A stretch of 64,000 nucleotides of DNA from Eledone cirrhosa (Eukaryota), in NCBI GenBank assembly GCA_964016885.1, contig OZ024747.1:7130001-7194000 (forward strand). Direction: 5' to 3'. Below are positions 1 through 13,398 of this stretch, one piece after another (within the stretch, counting starts at the first letter, position 1; every line of letters begins with the position of its first letter). Made by a program: the position numbers and the translations under genes. Under the pieces are notes generated by a model. The model searched no databases and was not told where the DNA came from. It saw nothing but the letters and a program-made list of their open reading frames with translations.

Positions 1-501
1 CTCTACCACCACCATCACCTCCACCACCTCCACCACCACCACCACCACCTCCACCTCCACCTCCACCTCCACCACCACCAGCACCTCCACCACCACCACC
101 ACCACCACCACCACCACCACCTCAACCTCCACCTCCACCTCCACCACCACCACCACCTCCACCACCACCACCACCACCACCTCCACCACCACCACCACAA
201 CCACCATCGCCACCACCACCTCCACCACCACCAGCACCTCCACCGCCACCACCACCTCCACCACCACCACCACCACCTCCACCACCATCCCCACCTCCAC
301 CTCCACCACCAGCTCCTCCACCGCCGCCACCACTATCACCATCACCACCACCACCTCCACCACCACCACCTCCACCTCCACCACCACCACCACCAGCACC
401 TCCACCGCCACCTCCACCACCACCAGCTCCTCCACCGCCGCCACCACCACCACCACCACCACCACCACCACCACCACCACCACCACCACCACCACCACCA
501 T

Positions 502-576
<75 letters not shown>
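1..576. repeat. (CAC/CTC)n trinucleotide array followed by (TAC)n
   Basis: Directly visible degenerate CAC repeats to about 503, then pure TAC repeats to about 576. Confidence 0.97.
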
Positions 577-764
577 ATCCCAGGTCTTAGTACACTACAT
601 GACTCCTGACCCTTCTACACTCCTTTCCTCACCCCCACCCACACCACAATCTCCCCCACCACCACAAACGTATACATTTCATCGGTGCACCATGGCAGAG
701 GGAGTGTGGCGAAAGATCGTAATTGAGAGTGGGGGAAGGTGTGGAGATGGCTGTGGTGGTCTAG

Positions 765-1480
765 TGATGGTGGTGGTGGTGGTGGTGGTGGTGGTGATGG
801 TGGTGGTGGTGGTGGTGGTGGTGGTGGTGGTGGTGGTGGTGGAGGTGATGGTGGTAGTGGTGGTGGTGATGGTGGTGGTGGTGGTGATGGTGGTAGTGGT
901 GGTGGTGGTGGTGGTGATGGTGGTGGTGGTGGTGGTGGTGGTGGTGGTGGTGGTGGTGGTGGTGATGATGGTGGTAGTGGTGGTGGTGATGGTGGTGGTA
1001 TGTGGTGGTAGTGGTGGTGGTGATGGTGGTGGTGGTGGTGATGTGTGTGGTGGTGGTGGTGGTGCTGATGGTGGTGGTGGTGATGGTGGTGGTGATGGTG
1101 GTGATGGTGGTAGCGGTGGTGGTGGTGGTGGTGGTGGTAGTAGTGGTATGTGGTGGTGGTGATTGTGGTGATAGTGGTGGTGATGCTGGTGATGGTGATA
1201 GTGGTGGTGGTGGTGGTGGTGGTAGTGGTATGTGGTGGTGGTGGTGGTGGTGGTCTGGTGGTGGTTATGGTTGTGGTGGTGCAGTGGTGGCGCTGGTATG
1301 GGTGGTGTATGTGTAGGTGGTGGTGGAATGTGGTGGTGATGGTGATGGTTGTGGTGGTGATGGTTGTGGTGGTGGTGGTGGTGGAATGTGGTGGTAATGG
1401 TTGTGTATGGTGGCGGTGATGGTGATGGTAGGTGGTGGTGATGGTGGTGATGGTGGTAGTGGCGGTGGTGGTGGTGTAGG
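765..1480. repeat. Degenerate (GGT)n array
   Basis: Directly visible. It is the reverse-complement motif of the 1-503 array. Confidence 0.97.
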
Positions 1481-1571
1481 AGATGTGTTAATGAGAAGGA
1501 ATTGAGACGGCGATGGTTACTTAGTACCAATTAATTAAATCACTGCAGACAGAAGGAAGACAGACACCACC

Positions 1572-1605
<34 letters not shown>

Positions 1606-1849
1606 GCAACAGCAGCAGTAACAATTATGACAATAATAGTAATGATAACAACAACAGCAACAACAACAAGAAAAAGACCGTGGAACGCAACAATTAATAC
1701 CGAAATCTTTGAAACTATGAGTAAAACCTCCAATTAAAACACTCGATCTTACCATGACACCTAAATATGTTAGACTGTTAGGAAGTCTAGTAGCATGGCG
1801 ACCTGTAGCACGTGTTGTTGATCCCATGTTTGTTGTGGGGGACTTACAA

Positions 1850-2080
1850 TTAATAATATTTATCCTATTTTTACGTTCAACAAACGTCGCTTGTTGGCGT
1901 AATTGTTTCGCTGTGAAATAATTTAGCTCTGGGTGTATTTCGTCCCAGTGTAGCTTCATTCTGTTCATATAGCCAATGGAGGGATTGTTTTTTGCCATTT
2001 TATAACAATTAAACAAATCATTTTTAAGTTCGCAACCCCAAGAGAAATGCGATTTATAATTTCGGTTTCTTCTGTAGGTA
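1850..2080 (-). mobile_element. N-terminal ORF fragment of an R4/Dong-type (RLE) non-LTR retrotransposon
   Basis: Translation ..SWVANLKNDLFNCYKMAKNNPSIGYMNRMKLHWDEIHPELNYFTAKQLRQQA resembles the R4/Dong N-terminal W..CY..GY..RM..W...P....Q.L..Q pattern (recalled). Other fragments of this clade occur in the window. Confidence 0.6.
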
Positions 2081-2434
2081 CAACTGAATAAAGTTTGATT
2101 ACCTTTCTTGTTGTTTGTCTTCAGTACTTCCTTAATTTTGTTGTTGATTTGTGATCAGTCATGCTGTTTGTAGCAAATCCTTGTAAAATGAATTATGTAT
2201 TTAGTCGGATATCTCTACGAATCCGAATAAAAGGTGTCTTCAGAAGATATAGTTAGAAGAATAACCAGTTATTCAACATGACTGTAGTTGTGACATTACT
2301 GTCGGAGATAGTATTCATCTTAAATTTAATAAATAGTCTCCCACGCCAAAATATGCGACTGATCGCGTTGACTGTATATGTATGTAGTGAATAAAGACTG
2401 TTTGAGTATCTAAACGTTCTTTGGTTTCTTTTGC

Positions 2435-2465
<31 letters not shown>

Positions 2466-2610
2466 TGTATGTATGTATGTATGTATGTATGTATGTATGT
2501 ATGTATGTATGTATGTATGTATGAGTGTATGTATGTATACATATATGAATGTTAGTGTATATATATATATATATACATATATACATATATATACCTGTAC
2601 ATATATATGT

Positions 2611-2668
<58 letters not shown>

Positions 2669-3339
2669 AAAGTTATATTTAAATTGTTGGGTTAACAACG
2701 AGTAAATATTTATAACTGATATAAAACTCTATATATATGTGTATATATACACACATATATGTATACTTGAATTTTTATAGCACAATGAGAATGTTTTCGT
2801 GTGAATTGGGAGTTTGTTTATAATTATGATATAAACATATGAATTTTTAAAAACTAGACATAAGATCATTACTTTTCACACATTATAGATACATGTCTCA
2901 TTCATGAATACTGGTACTTACATTATAATGCCTGTTTTATACGAACTAATATTTTCTACAGGATGAAACATAGCGTTTTTAAATTCTGCCTCGTTTATGT
3001 CTGGTTATTTTTCATTTTCTCTTTTTCATTTTCTCTTTTTTCTCTCTATATAACGGCTATTTTCTCTCTTAACTACATACATCTCTCTTTACATTAATAC
3101 TAGAGCTAAATAAATAAATAAATAAATAAATAAATGTATCAATTGATACTCAACTACCTAGTTTCTCTATCTATCTCTATCTATCTCTTTTTTCCTCTCT
3201 CTATATATCTCTCTCTGTTCCTTTACATGAAGTTCTTCTCTTTATCTATCTTTCTATATCTCTCTATTTAGTCACATGCATTTCTTCTTTTTCTTCGTTT
3301 TTCTTTCTTTCTTTCTTTCTCTCTTTCTTTTTACAACTG

Positions 3340-3704
<365 letters not shown>

Positions 3705-3719
3705 ATGTATGTATGTATG

Positions 3720-3794
<75 letters not shown>

Positions 3795-4467
3795 TTCGTT
3801 TCTGAATTTGTTTAGCAAGATTCTTTATCTGAAAACGTGTGTTGAAACCAATATTGTTATACTTTGGGAGGATCATTTTGCCAATAAGAAACACACGCAC
3901 CAGTTGCTTTCACTTCAATTTATTATAATAAATTTATAAATTTAGGAATTTATAAATTTCTGGTTGGTTGGTTGGTTCCACAACCAGATGATTGTTTATA
4001 TATTGTCAAAGTTCTTTCGTCACACATTCTGTGACCTCTTCAGTGACTGGGATTCTTTTCTTTGTTTTTGTGCCTCTCCTTTGTTCTGTCCTACGCCATC
4101 TTGTTTTTGTGTGTGTTGTGTGCTTAGTTTGCGCATGTGTTACATCCGGGTGTCTGTGTGTGTTTATATTCGTTTATTTATTTGTTTATTTACATGTTAC
4201 TGGTTGGTTTTTTGTTCTATGTGCGTGTGTGTTTTCTTTTTGTCCTTAATTGTAAGTTGTGATGTTACTGTTCCATTCATGTTTTCTATTTAATTTTGGT
4301 TGGAGTTCATTTATGTTTATTCCCTCTGTGATTTGTCTAAACATTGCGTCTTTTCTGTGTGTAGATTCTATTTTTATTTCTATGTTCTCTAATTTACCCT
4401 TATGTTCTATTTTAGCATGTTGCTAGAGTACAGATGATTCTTTACTATCTTGAAGGTCTCGCCAGTG

Positions 4468-4549
<82 letters not shown>

Positions 4550-6544
4550 TAAATACATATACATGCATATATATATATATATGTGTTTATGTATAAGTTT
4601 ATATATATGTGTGTATTTATGTATAAGTATATATATATATATACATATACATAAACACACACACATATATTTATAATAAAAAAGATAAGTAGTTGCGTTT
4701 TCTTCATAATTGAAGGCGGAGTTGAATGTTTGGGGCTGAGGTTAAATTGGATTAGTTTGAGCTTGATGTTTTCTAGCAGGTAAAACAGATACTCAAAATT
4801 CTTTATTACAGACTGAATGAGATCAACTCAAGTCTTAAACATGTGGTGCCAACTGATAAATATTGTTCAATCAGTGATCCCTAAATTTTAGTGCTAACAG
4901 TATCTTAGCTCCAGAACGGCCCTCCCTGAGGCATGCCATTCAGAAAGCCAAACAGGCTGCAGTCGGCTAGTAGGCCGCATTCGGCTCGTAGGCTGCATTT
5001 TGCCCATGACTAATATAAGATGTACTACATAATACATATACAGCGGCCTCCCACTTAGTTTCGGTCAAATAAATTTCTTTTGAAGCTATTTTACTATAAG
5101 CATAAAAGAAATAAAACCGCAATGATTGTTTTTAGGTTATGATTTAGTATAAAACAGAAGGAGTTTAAGATTGAGAAATAAAATATTTATTGCTACATTC
5201 GACTAAAAGAAATATTACTGGCTTTTATGTATATACAGCGAACTTGCAGCTCGCGCGGTTTTAACTGGTGCGCTTTCTAATATACTATGTCGAAAAATGT
5301 TTCTAAGACACACAAAAAAAAAAGTGTAAAACTCTTAAATCCTTTTTGGCCGTCCAAAATTGCATTACCTAACGTAAAATATAAAACTTTAACTATTATC
5401 ACTATCATTTATTTCCTGTAGTTCCCAAACTCAAGAGGATCTGACGTTATGCCTCCACCAAAACATCAACGTACATACACACTTTTATATAAGAGTCTTG
5501 AACGCAAGCATGGCATTTGGCATCTAGGTATGTATTTTCCATTATCAGAAGTTGTATGTACGGTCTGTCATAACAAATCATATATACTTTGATAACGGAG
5601 AATATGTATCTTTTTCAACGAATACTATGAAACCACCAGCTCCTTAAAAAATAGTACCAGACTTGCAGCTAGGTCTCATCATTCTACAGTTGAACATCAG
5701 ATAAAATGCCATTGCTGTATTTGTTCTGGCTCTTTACATTTTGAGATCAAATCCCACAGAAGTCACCGTTGTATTTCATCCTTCCGGAATAGACACTATA
5801 TAGTACCCGTTAAGTACTGGTGTGGATTTAATCACCCCCCCCCCCCTCCTCACAAATCCCGACGTTGTGCCTAAATTAGAAACCAATACATAGCCTGAGA
5901 AAACGAAACTTCAGCCAAGGTGTATGTTAAGACAATTTAGGATCCGATTTCCGCATGAAACCGGCAGGCAACCTCAACATATGTGTAATATAGTTATAAA
6001 GTAACGGTAATAGTTCTTCAACGGTTATAGAACTATCATACCACTTGTTGAATATTACGTCACGCAAACACACACAGACACAGACACACGCAGCCATACA
6101 CACAAACACACAAACACACACAGATACAGCCACACACACATACAAATAAATTCTGGTATTTTATCACTTCTAATAAAAGTTATCGGAAGTTCATTATGAA
6201 AGGAACGAAATAACATTGGATGACGTTATTTTAGATACTAAATCATTAACAATAAATGTCTGGGAAATATAAAACAGGAAACACTGTTAATGTATTTTTC
6301 TGGTGTACATTTTTTTGTGTTGAATGAATTCATATTTAACATTGTTTTCTCTAACTCCTACTCAACAATTGTCCGCTCTAGAGATCTCATAAAAATTATA
6401 TCTAATACTTATCGTATTTAATTAACATTCTACTTATAAAAGGGCAGCGGCCGTATATTTAAGTAATAAACACGTTTGTTTCATTATTTTTACTCTGTTT
6501 CAACATTTGAAATGACTGCAGTAGGATTTTAAAATCGTGATTTT

Positions 6545-6714
6545 AGAGCGTTGGACACCATGCTTTGTAGCATAGAGTTACGGCCCTTTACGGCTTGTGT
6601 TCAAATCCCGCCGAGGTTAACTTTGCTTTTCATCCTTACGGGGTCGATAGAATAAAGTACGAGTAATGCACTGGGATAATTGCTGGCCTTGTGTCAAAAG
6701 TAGAAACAATTATT
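6545..6714 (+). mobile_element. tRNA-derived SINE, family A (5' clipped)
   Basis: B-box GTTCAAATCC, central TTTCATCCTTACGGGGTCGATA, 3' TGTGTCAAAAGTAGAAACAATTATT. Matches about 20 other copies in the window. Confidence 0.9.
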
Positions 6715-7958
6715 TTCGTTTTGAGTAAGCAAGGGAGACGATTCTGAATGTTTACGCTTTATTAGACTTCGTCAGTGGTAGTAAAGCCTTCGCTATTACT
6801 TACTGGTTTTGTACTAACATTAGTGGAGCTGTTCATTTGCATTTCACTGCCTTACTCTATTCTGTTGTGGGACAATACCAAAATATATAATGATGGTACA
6901 GAAAAACAAAACGTATTGCTAGTTAGATCTCTATTTTTTTTTTTACCGAATCTAAATAAAATATTATTTAATATATACTTCCAAACGATTACAAAATATG
7001 TTGACGCTGTTGTTGGTGGTTATTGTTTGTGTCAATGCCTCAGGTAAGCAAATATATCAAACGCCTTACATACACAATCAGACCACCCTGTCTTTATTTT
7101 TCCTTCTATATTTCCCAATGTATCGCATTTTAAAGGTAGTGGGCGGGGCTTTGGCTGCAATGTTTAGCAGATCGAGGAACCACGTAGAGACATCCTTGAA
7201 GTTGCATTAGTTTGTAATTGCAGTGTTTTATCACTTAGATTAGATTCTTTATATCTAATAATGGTTTCTTATATGTTATTGCTTATAATAAAAGCTGTCG
7301 GAAGTTTCATAGAAATGAAAGAAATATCGCAGAATTATGTTGTTCTATACACTTAATTATTAGTAATATATGTTTGGTAAATATAATGACAGGAAATACT
7401 GCTAATGCCTTGTTGTAGCATGCGTTATTATGTATCGACAAAAGAATTCAAAGGTTACATTGCTTTCTGCTCATAAAAAATAGGTTTATCAGACTACTTA
7501 TTGTATTGGTATGGCTGTTAATTTACATTTTATGGAGTTATTCTCTTCTGCATTTTTCCAGTCCTGTCTTCTGTTGAAGTATTATATTAAAAAGTGTATT
7601 GATGGTATAGAAATATAGATTGTCACTTCTCAAGTTTTTGACACCAAAGCTAAGTAAATGTTTGACTTGATAAAAATATCTGCCAAATATTGTCCGAAAT
7701 CAGAACACATTGCTTAAGGTAATCCTACGGACCACTAAAACAGGACAGGCCCATAGGTAGATTGTATTTTGACCATGGATGTATGTGATCACCTTCGACC
7801 TGGAGTTAAACATCAGCAACAACAATAACAATAGCAATTTTGTTGTTTTTCTTCTCGTTTATAGTGCTGAGGGTGTTACAGAGGAAAACCAGATTTCTAT
7901 AAGGATTCTGACGATTTTCAGCATTTCTTAGGAAAGTTGGTAAGGGGAGTAGGAAGTC

Positions 7959-8724
7959 GTCCGATTTAACAGTGGTACATGACCTGTAGGTACCTCTAGT
8001 AGAGTCCTATTTAACAGTGGTACATGGCCTGTAGCTCCCTTTAGTAGAGTCCTATTTAAGAGTGGTACATGGCCTGTAGGTACCTTTAGTAGAGTCCTAT
8101 TTAACAGTGGTACATGGCGTGTAGGCACCTCTAGTAGAGTTCTATTTAACAGTAGTTCATGGCCTGTAGGTACCTCTAGTAGAGTCCGATATAACAGTGG
8201 TACATGGCCAGTAGGTACCTCTAGTAGAGTCCGATATAACAGTGGTACATGGCCTGTAGGTACCTCTAGTAGAGTCCGATATAACAGTAGTACATGGCCA
8301 GTAGGTACCTTTAGTAGAGTCCGATTTAACAGTAGTACATGGCCAGTAGGTACCTTTAGTAGAGTCAGATTTAACAGTAGTACATGGCCTGTAGGTACCT
8401 CTAGTAGAGTCAGATTTAACAGTAGTACATGGCCAGTAGGTACCTCTAGTAGAGTCCGATTAAACAGTGGTACATGGCCAGTAGGTACCTTTAGTAGAGT
8501 CAGATTTAACAGTAGTACATGGCCTGTAGGTACCTCTAGTAGAGTCAGATTTAACAGTGGCACATGGCCAGTAGGTACCTTTAGTAGAGTCCGATTTAAC
8601 AGTGATACATGACCTGTAGGTACCTTTAGTAGAGTCAGATTTAACAGTGGTACATGGCCTGTAGGTACCTCTAGTAGAGTCCTATTTAACAGTGGTACAT
8701 GGCCAGTAGGTACCTTTAGTAGAG
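7959..8724. repeat. 45-bp minisatellite, about 17 units
   Basis: Unit TTTAACAGTGGTACATGGCCTGTAGGTACCTCTAGTAGAGTCCGA repeated head-to-tail with point variants and no spacers. Confidence 0.97.
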
Positions 8725-9001
8725 CCACCTTTGTTGCAAACAAATTCGGGTCAGGTCTCTTATCTGAGGATAACTTCCTCATTACCGTCCATCAGTTTTG
8801 GTGTTCCTGAAAAAGGTCATGGGCGCTGACCCCTCTCCTCTGACTGATCATTTAAAAAATAATACACTTTAATGGTTTGCATACTCCGGATGTGCTAAGG
8901 GGACGCTGCCCACTAACCAAAGATCGTAAATTCATAATAAGTAATAAGCTTAATAATATAATTATCGATCATTATAGGAAATATTTCTGTATCCCGTTAT
9001 A

Positions 9002-9188
9002 TAATTGTTTCTACCTTTGGCACAAGGCCAGCAATTAACCCAGTGCATTACTGATACTTTATTTTATCGACTCCGTAAGGATGAAACGCAAAGTTAACCT
9101 CGGCGGGATTTGAACTCAGATCATAAAGGGACGTAACTCTTTGCTGCAAAGCATGGTGTCAAACCCTCTACCGATACTGCCAATCCAG
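9002..9188 (-). mobile_element. SINE family A
   Basis: Reverse complement of the family A consensus, including A/B boxes. Confidence 0.9.
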
Positions 9189-10380
9189 TACACATAACAT
9201 GTATAAACTAGAATTTGAATACAATTAGAGACAGGAAAAACGACAGCGAAAGCAGAGTCGCCTGTTTACCAAATTATGTAAGTCAAGTAGTTCAGAGCTG
9301 TATTAGGAAAATAGAGATGCATGTTGGATGTTGGATGCAAATTAAAGCCATTTTTTTCCTTCTCTTTTTGAAACGTCTATCACATATATGACCACCGATA
9401 CATCACACGTCAGCAGGATCGTATTTTACCTCAATTAAAAAGAGAATTATGTCAAGTGTTAGAGTTATATATATCGTCTTACTATATGTTTCTCTGCGAC
9501 ACAGCCGCCACGCTGCAAAAGTATATTGCATAATTTGTCTTTGAAGTAGTCTCTACGTCAGGTGTGGACAATTTTTTTAGTATCAGGGTCGAATTACAGG
9601 TGCATAAAAGTCTGTCAGTAGCGTAGCCATTGGGTGATGGTGTCCGTCTCGGGCGACAGTTTTATGGGGCGGAACTTTAAGAGGGCGTCACTGTGCAATA
9701 TGTTTTATCTTTTGTGAGGAGCCGTAGAAAAGGCAGACGTTGTGTATGTACGACTGAGGCGGCAAGAGTCGTTAGAGCGCCGGATAGAATGTTCTGCGGT
9801 GCTCGTCTCGACTCTACTCTCTGAGTTAAAATCACGTCAAGGCCAACTTAACTTTGCCTTTCACCCATACGAGATCGATAAAAATAGTAGCAGTCAAGTA
9901 CTGGAGTCGATTCTTCCTCGATATCTCTTTCTCACTTCCTCTCTCTCGTTCTTTATCTTTCTCTGGAAGAAATCTGCTTTATTCAGACCTGGAGAGGGTT
10001 GGGTTGTGTCAGGTATAAAAATGCCCTAGAAACGCCGTATGTCAATATGGCGCCTCTACGATTTCCGTATTAGTTACGGGTCTATGCCGGCATATATCTA
10101 CGACTACATTATCTACTGTGTCTATCTTTTGTCAAGATGTGATTTCAGGAAGACATAGCAGTTGCTTCTAGCCGGTAAATCGACCACTTAGATGCCCATT
10201 CATTGTCTCTAAAGTACGCTTGTTTGCTGATAAATAAAATGAATCCTGAATATACCCATATATAGAAAATATGCGTATATTAATCTTGTAGGTTTTCTAT
10301 GTATGTATGTATGTATGTATGTATGTATGTATGTATGTATGTATGTATGTATGTATGTATGTATGTATGTATGTATGTAT

Positions 10381-10775
10381 GATGGTATCCAATGATGTTG
10401 ACTTGTTCTTCTTTTTGGTAAATATCATCTTGGTTAAGAGAGTGGGACTGGCTTTGTGCAGTGCCTTTGCTCACTATAAAAGCTTCACGGCACAGGCATT
10501 GCTTTATATCTGGAGATCTCTCTGCACTTGTCGTCACATGGTACCATGGGCCCAGCACTATGTGTCAATAATTGTCACAGTTGTAGTGTTTGTACCAGAG
10601 TTTTCAAGTTGCTGGCTGGACTAAAAAGTCACACTCGTTCAGCGCATCGGTAGGGGTTCTCCTACATGTATATAAAGTAGTGGCCGTACTCGAAAACGAG
10701 TTAGCAGCCACCATGTATGTATGTATGTATGTATGTATGTATGTATGTATGTATGTATGTATGTATGTATGTATG
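10381..10775 (+). mobile_element. Non-autonomous RTE-LINE derivative with (ATGT)n tail
   Basis: Near-identical to 31294-31630. Encodes a remnant C-terminal zinc finger (..GLKSHTRSAHR*), then a CTCG-AAAA-CGAG hairpin, GCAGCCACC and (ATGT)n. Confidence 0.75.
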
Positions 10776-10779
10776 TTAT

Positions 10780-11014
10780 AGCGACTGTCGCTCAGAGAGT
10801 GGAATTGGCTCAGTGCACAGTCTTTCCTCACTTTAAAAAATAACTTCACGCACAGGCATTGCACGATAGAATTAATTAATAATTATTAATGACGGTATAT
10901 CGTGCAATGGCCATACTCGATAACGAGGGGGCAGCCATCATGTATGTATGTATGTATGTATGTATGTATGTATGTATGTATGTATGTATGTATGTATGTA
11001 TGTATGTATGTATG
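10780..11014 (+). mobile_element. Short RTE-derived element with (ATGT)n tail
   Basis: AGAGAGTGGAATTGG..CTTCACGCACAGGCATTGC is shared with the 10381 copy. The 3' end TCGTGCAATGGCCATACTCGATAACGAG.GGCAGCCATC is shared with 63590-63630. Confidence 0.7.
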
Positions 11015-11559
11015 TGTGTGTGTGTGTGTGTACGTACCTAAGCAGTGTCAGTGTGTTTGATTACATACACAGATGGTGAATCTATTAACCTATATAATGT
11101 TCACTTGATAGTATTATATATATACACATATATACAGGAGCGTCCGTTTAACATGAAGAAGTGCTGTATCAGTTTTCATATGCTTAAGGGAACTGGAAGG
11201 TGTTAACGAAGTAAAGTAGTGTTGACTTCTACTTAGAGTACTAGATAAAGGTAAAATAATATGATAAGGAGTGAAAACCTATTAATGATAGTGTTATAAG
11301 GTGTTGACATGTTGTAAGATCTTTGTAGAGAGTGAGGGGAATTGAGAAATGGAGAAGACTATAGAGAGGTTCTCGTTAATTTGAAATATCTTTTACCTGT
11401 GATTTACCTTTACATTGGTTATTATAGTGCGGTGTGTGGCTATTAGTAGGAGAGAATGTGAATCTAAATACGTGTTCATTAAGTGTACATGTGTGGGCGG
11501 TGGAGGAAATTACACGTACATACAGATACACACACACACGCACGCACACACGCACACAC

Positions 11560-11715
<156 letters not shown>

Positions 11716-11728
11716 TGTATATATTCAG

Positions 11729-11771
11729 ACTGAGCTGATGATGCGCATAAGGTGAAACATTTGTTCTCGGT
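11729..11771 (+). ncRNA. Minimal type-I hammerhead ribozyme motif (PLE pLTR)
   Basis: ACTGAG-CTGATGA-TGCGCATAAGGT-GAAA-CATTTG-TT-CTCGGT. Stem I ACTGAG/CTCGGT pairs, stem II is weak. Confidence 0.65.
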
Positions 11772-11909
11772 GTGGTGAACTAACTGTTGTGGAACTACAT
11801 CTACCAAGCTCTACTACTACGGATATAACCCTCCAGTGTTGTACTATTATATATATATATTATAAAAAATAAACCAAAGAAGCCTTCAATACATCAAAAG
11901 TCTTTATTA

Positions 11910-11947
11910 GCCAACAATGTTTCGTCCTATTAAGGACTCATCAGGGC
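11910..11947 (-). ncRNA. Minimal type-I hammerhead ribozyme motif, canonical core
   Basis: Minus strand GCC-CTGATGA-GTCCT-TAAT-AGGAC-GAAA-CATTG-TT-GGC. Full core, 5-bp stem II, 3-bp stem I, GUU triplet. Confidence 0.85.
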
Positions 11948-12291
11948 AAGTAAAGCTATAAGAAGCACTATCGGCTAAAACAAGCCAAAAACTCAGAAGA
12001 ATATGGAGTATACATCTATTAAAGCCTAGGAAGGATATCAAGGAAAAGTAGGCTAAGATTAAGAGTGAGCAGTTACAAACATAGATATGGACCAAATAGC
12101 AAGGAAGTGATTAACATGTTGAACCCACATTGTAAATATTATATAATGCAAAAACTTGAAGCACAAATGGCAATATAATGCGAGAATTACAGTATATATA
12201 TATATATACTGCTACTACAGGAATTGATGATTCTCTCAGTTGCTTCACGCCATGAAATCCAGGATAAGCACCGTTTTGTTTATCACACACA

Positions 12292-12322
<31 letters not shown>

Positions 12323-12389
12323 GCACACACACATATTCTCTCTCTCCCATCTCTCTTCCCCCTCTCTCCCTCTCTCTTTCTCTCTCCTT

Positions 12390-12500
12390 CTCTGGAAGAA
12401 ATCGGTTGTATTCAGACGTGGAGAGGGATTGGCTTTGCCAGGTTTAAAATGCCCCAAGAAACGCCCGCCGTATGTCACCACGGCACTTCTACGACTCCAC
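12390..12500 (+). repeat. Unclassified interspersed repeat (other copies at 9962-10068 + and 17720-17800 -)
   Basis: Shared CTGGAAGAAATC..TTCAGAC.TGGAGAGGG..AAAATGCCC.AGAAACGCCGTATGTC..CTACGA motif. Confidence 0.7.
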
Positions 12501-12974
12501 TAAGTGTAACAAGTTGATACATTCATTGATAGAATTAAAATGGGATATTTGTAGCACTGCAGAAAAGTTCTTTCCTTCTTTCTTTTTTCATGAAGATAAA
12601 TAATTCTGCCGCCTATCATACGATACGGTGTTTAAACTGTATATTACTAGTATTTATTGTTTGTATTTATGTAACGTAGTTATGTAGTTATGTATTCAAT
12701 GATTACGATAATATGCGACATAAATATACAATTCCGTTCTACGTGTACATTCACAATACCTTTTGATAGTGTCTATAATTTATATGACTGATGGATGTTC
12801 ATTAAGATTTCTGTACAAGCAGTTAAAAGAATTATCTATCGAGAGGAGAATAAACTTGTCAAATGTAACAGGGGCGGGGATATTGTTGGGGGTGCTGGAA
12901 AAAGATATTAGACATGATTATTAGACATGATAATTCTTTTAACTGCTTCTACAGAAATCTTAATGAACATGCAT

Positions 12975-13398
12975 GTCTTCATGAGGTGCCCTACGAAAGT
13001 CGGCTGCAGAAGCTGAACCTCTTCTCCTTGGAGCGTCGACGGCTAAAAGGTGATCTCATTTTCGCTTACAATCTCTTCAATGGCCATTACGATCTCCCTC
13101 AAGATCTTCTATTCACTCCGGCACTTGAAAGGGGTCTACGTGGACATGACAAAAAGCTATTTCACCGCCGCTTTCGCCTAAATAGACGGAAAGCTGCTTT
13201 CTCGATCCGCATCTCTGGACCCTGGAATCGGCTTCCAGAAGAAGTAGTCAACGCGTCAACCACGCAACAATTCAAGGTGACATTGGACCGGTGTTGGACC
13301 ACTGTGTTTCGGACTGTGTAAATGTTGCCCCCCTCCCATCCTTATATGGCATCTGAAGCATCTATGTTTTAATTTCTGCCAAATATATTGAATTGAAA
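12975..13398 (+). mobile_element. 5'-truncated CR1-clade LINE, ORF2 C-terminus plus 3' UTR
   Basis: YESRLQKLNLFSLERRRLKGDLI..RGH..KL..F..R...WN.LP.EVV.A.....FK..LD is the typical CR1 ORF2 tail. Ends in an ATTGA-type repeat. Confidence 0.9.

Noticed and set aside
599-1530. Long poly-V/G/H/T/P ORFs
   Set aside because: Translations of trinucleotide repeats, open in several frames.
7959-8724. CRISPR-like array
   Set aside because: Contiguous 45-bp units with no unique spacers, eukaryotic context and no cas genes. The same applies to the 12-bp and 20-bp arrays.
10280-10864. Duplicated minus-strand ORFs (also 31232-31471) as a host gene family
   Set aside because: They are antisense to RTE-derived elements. 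The informative zinc finger and tail are on the plus strand.
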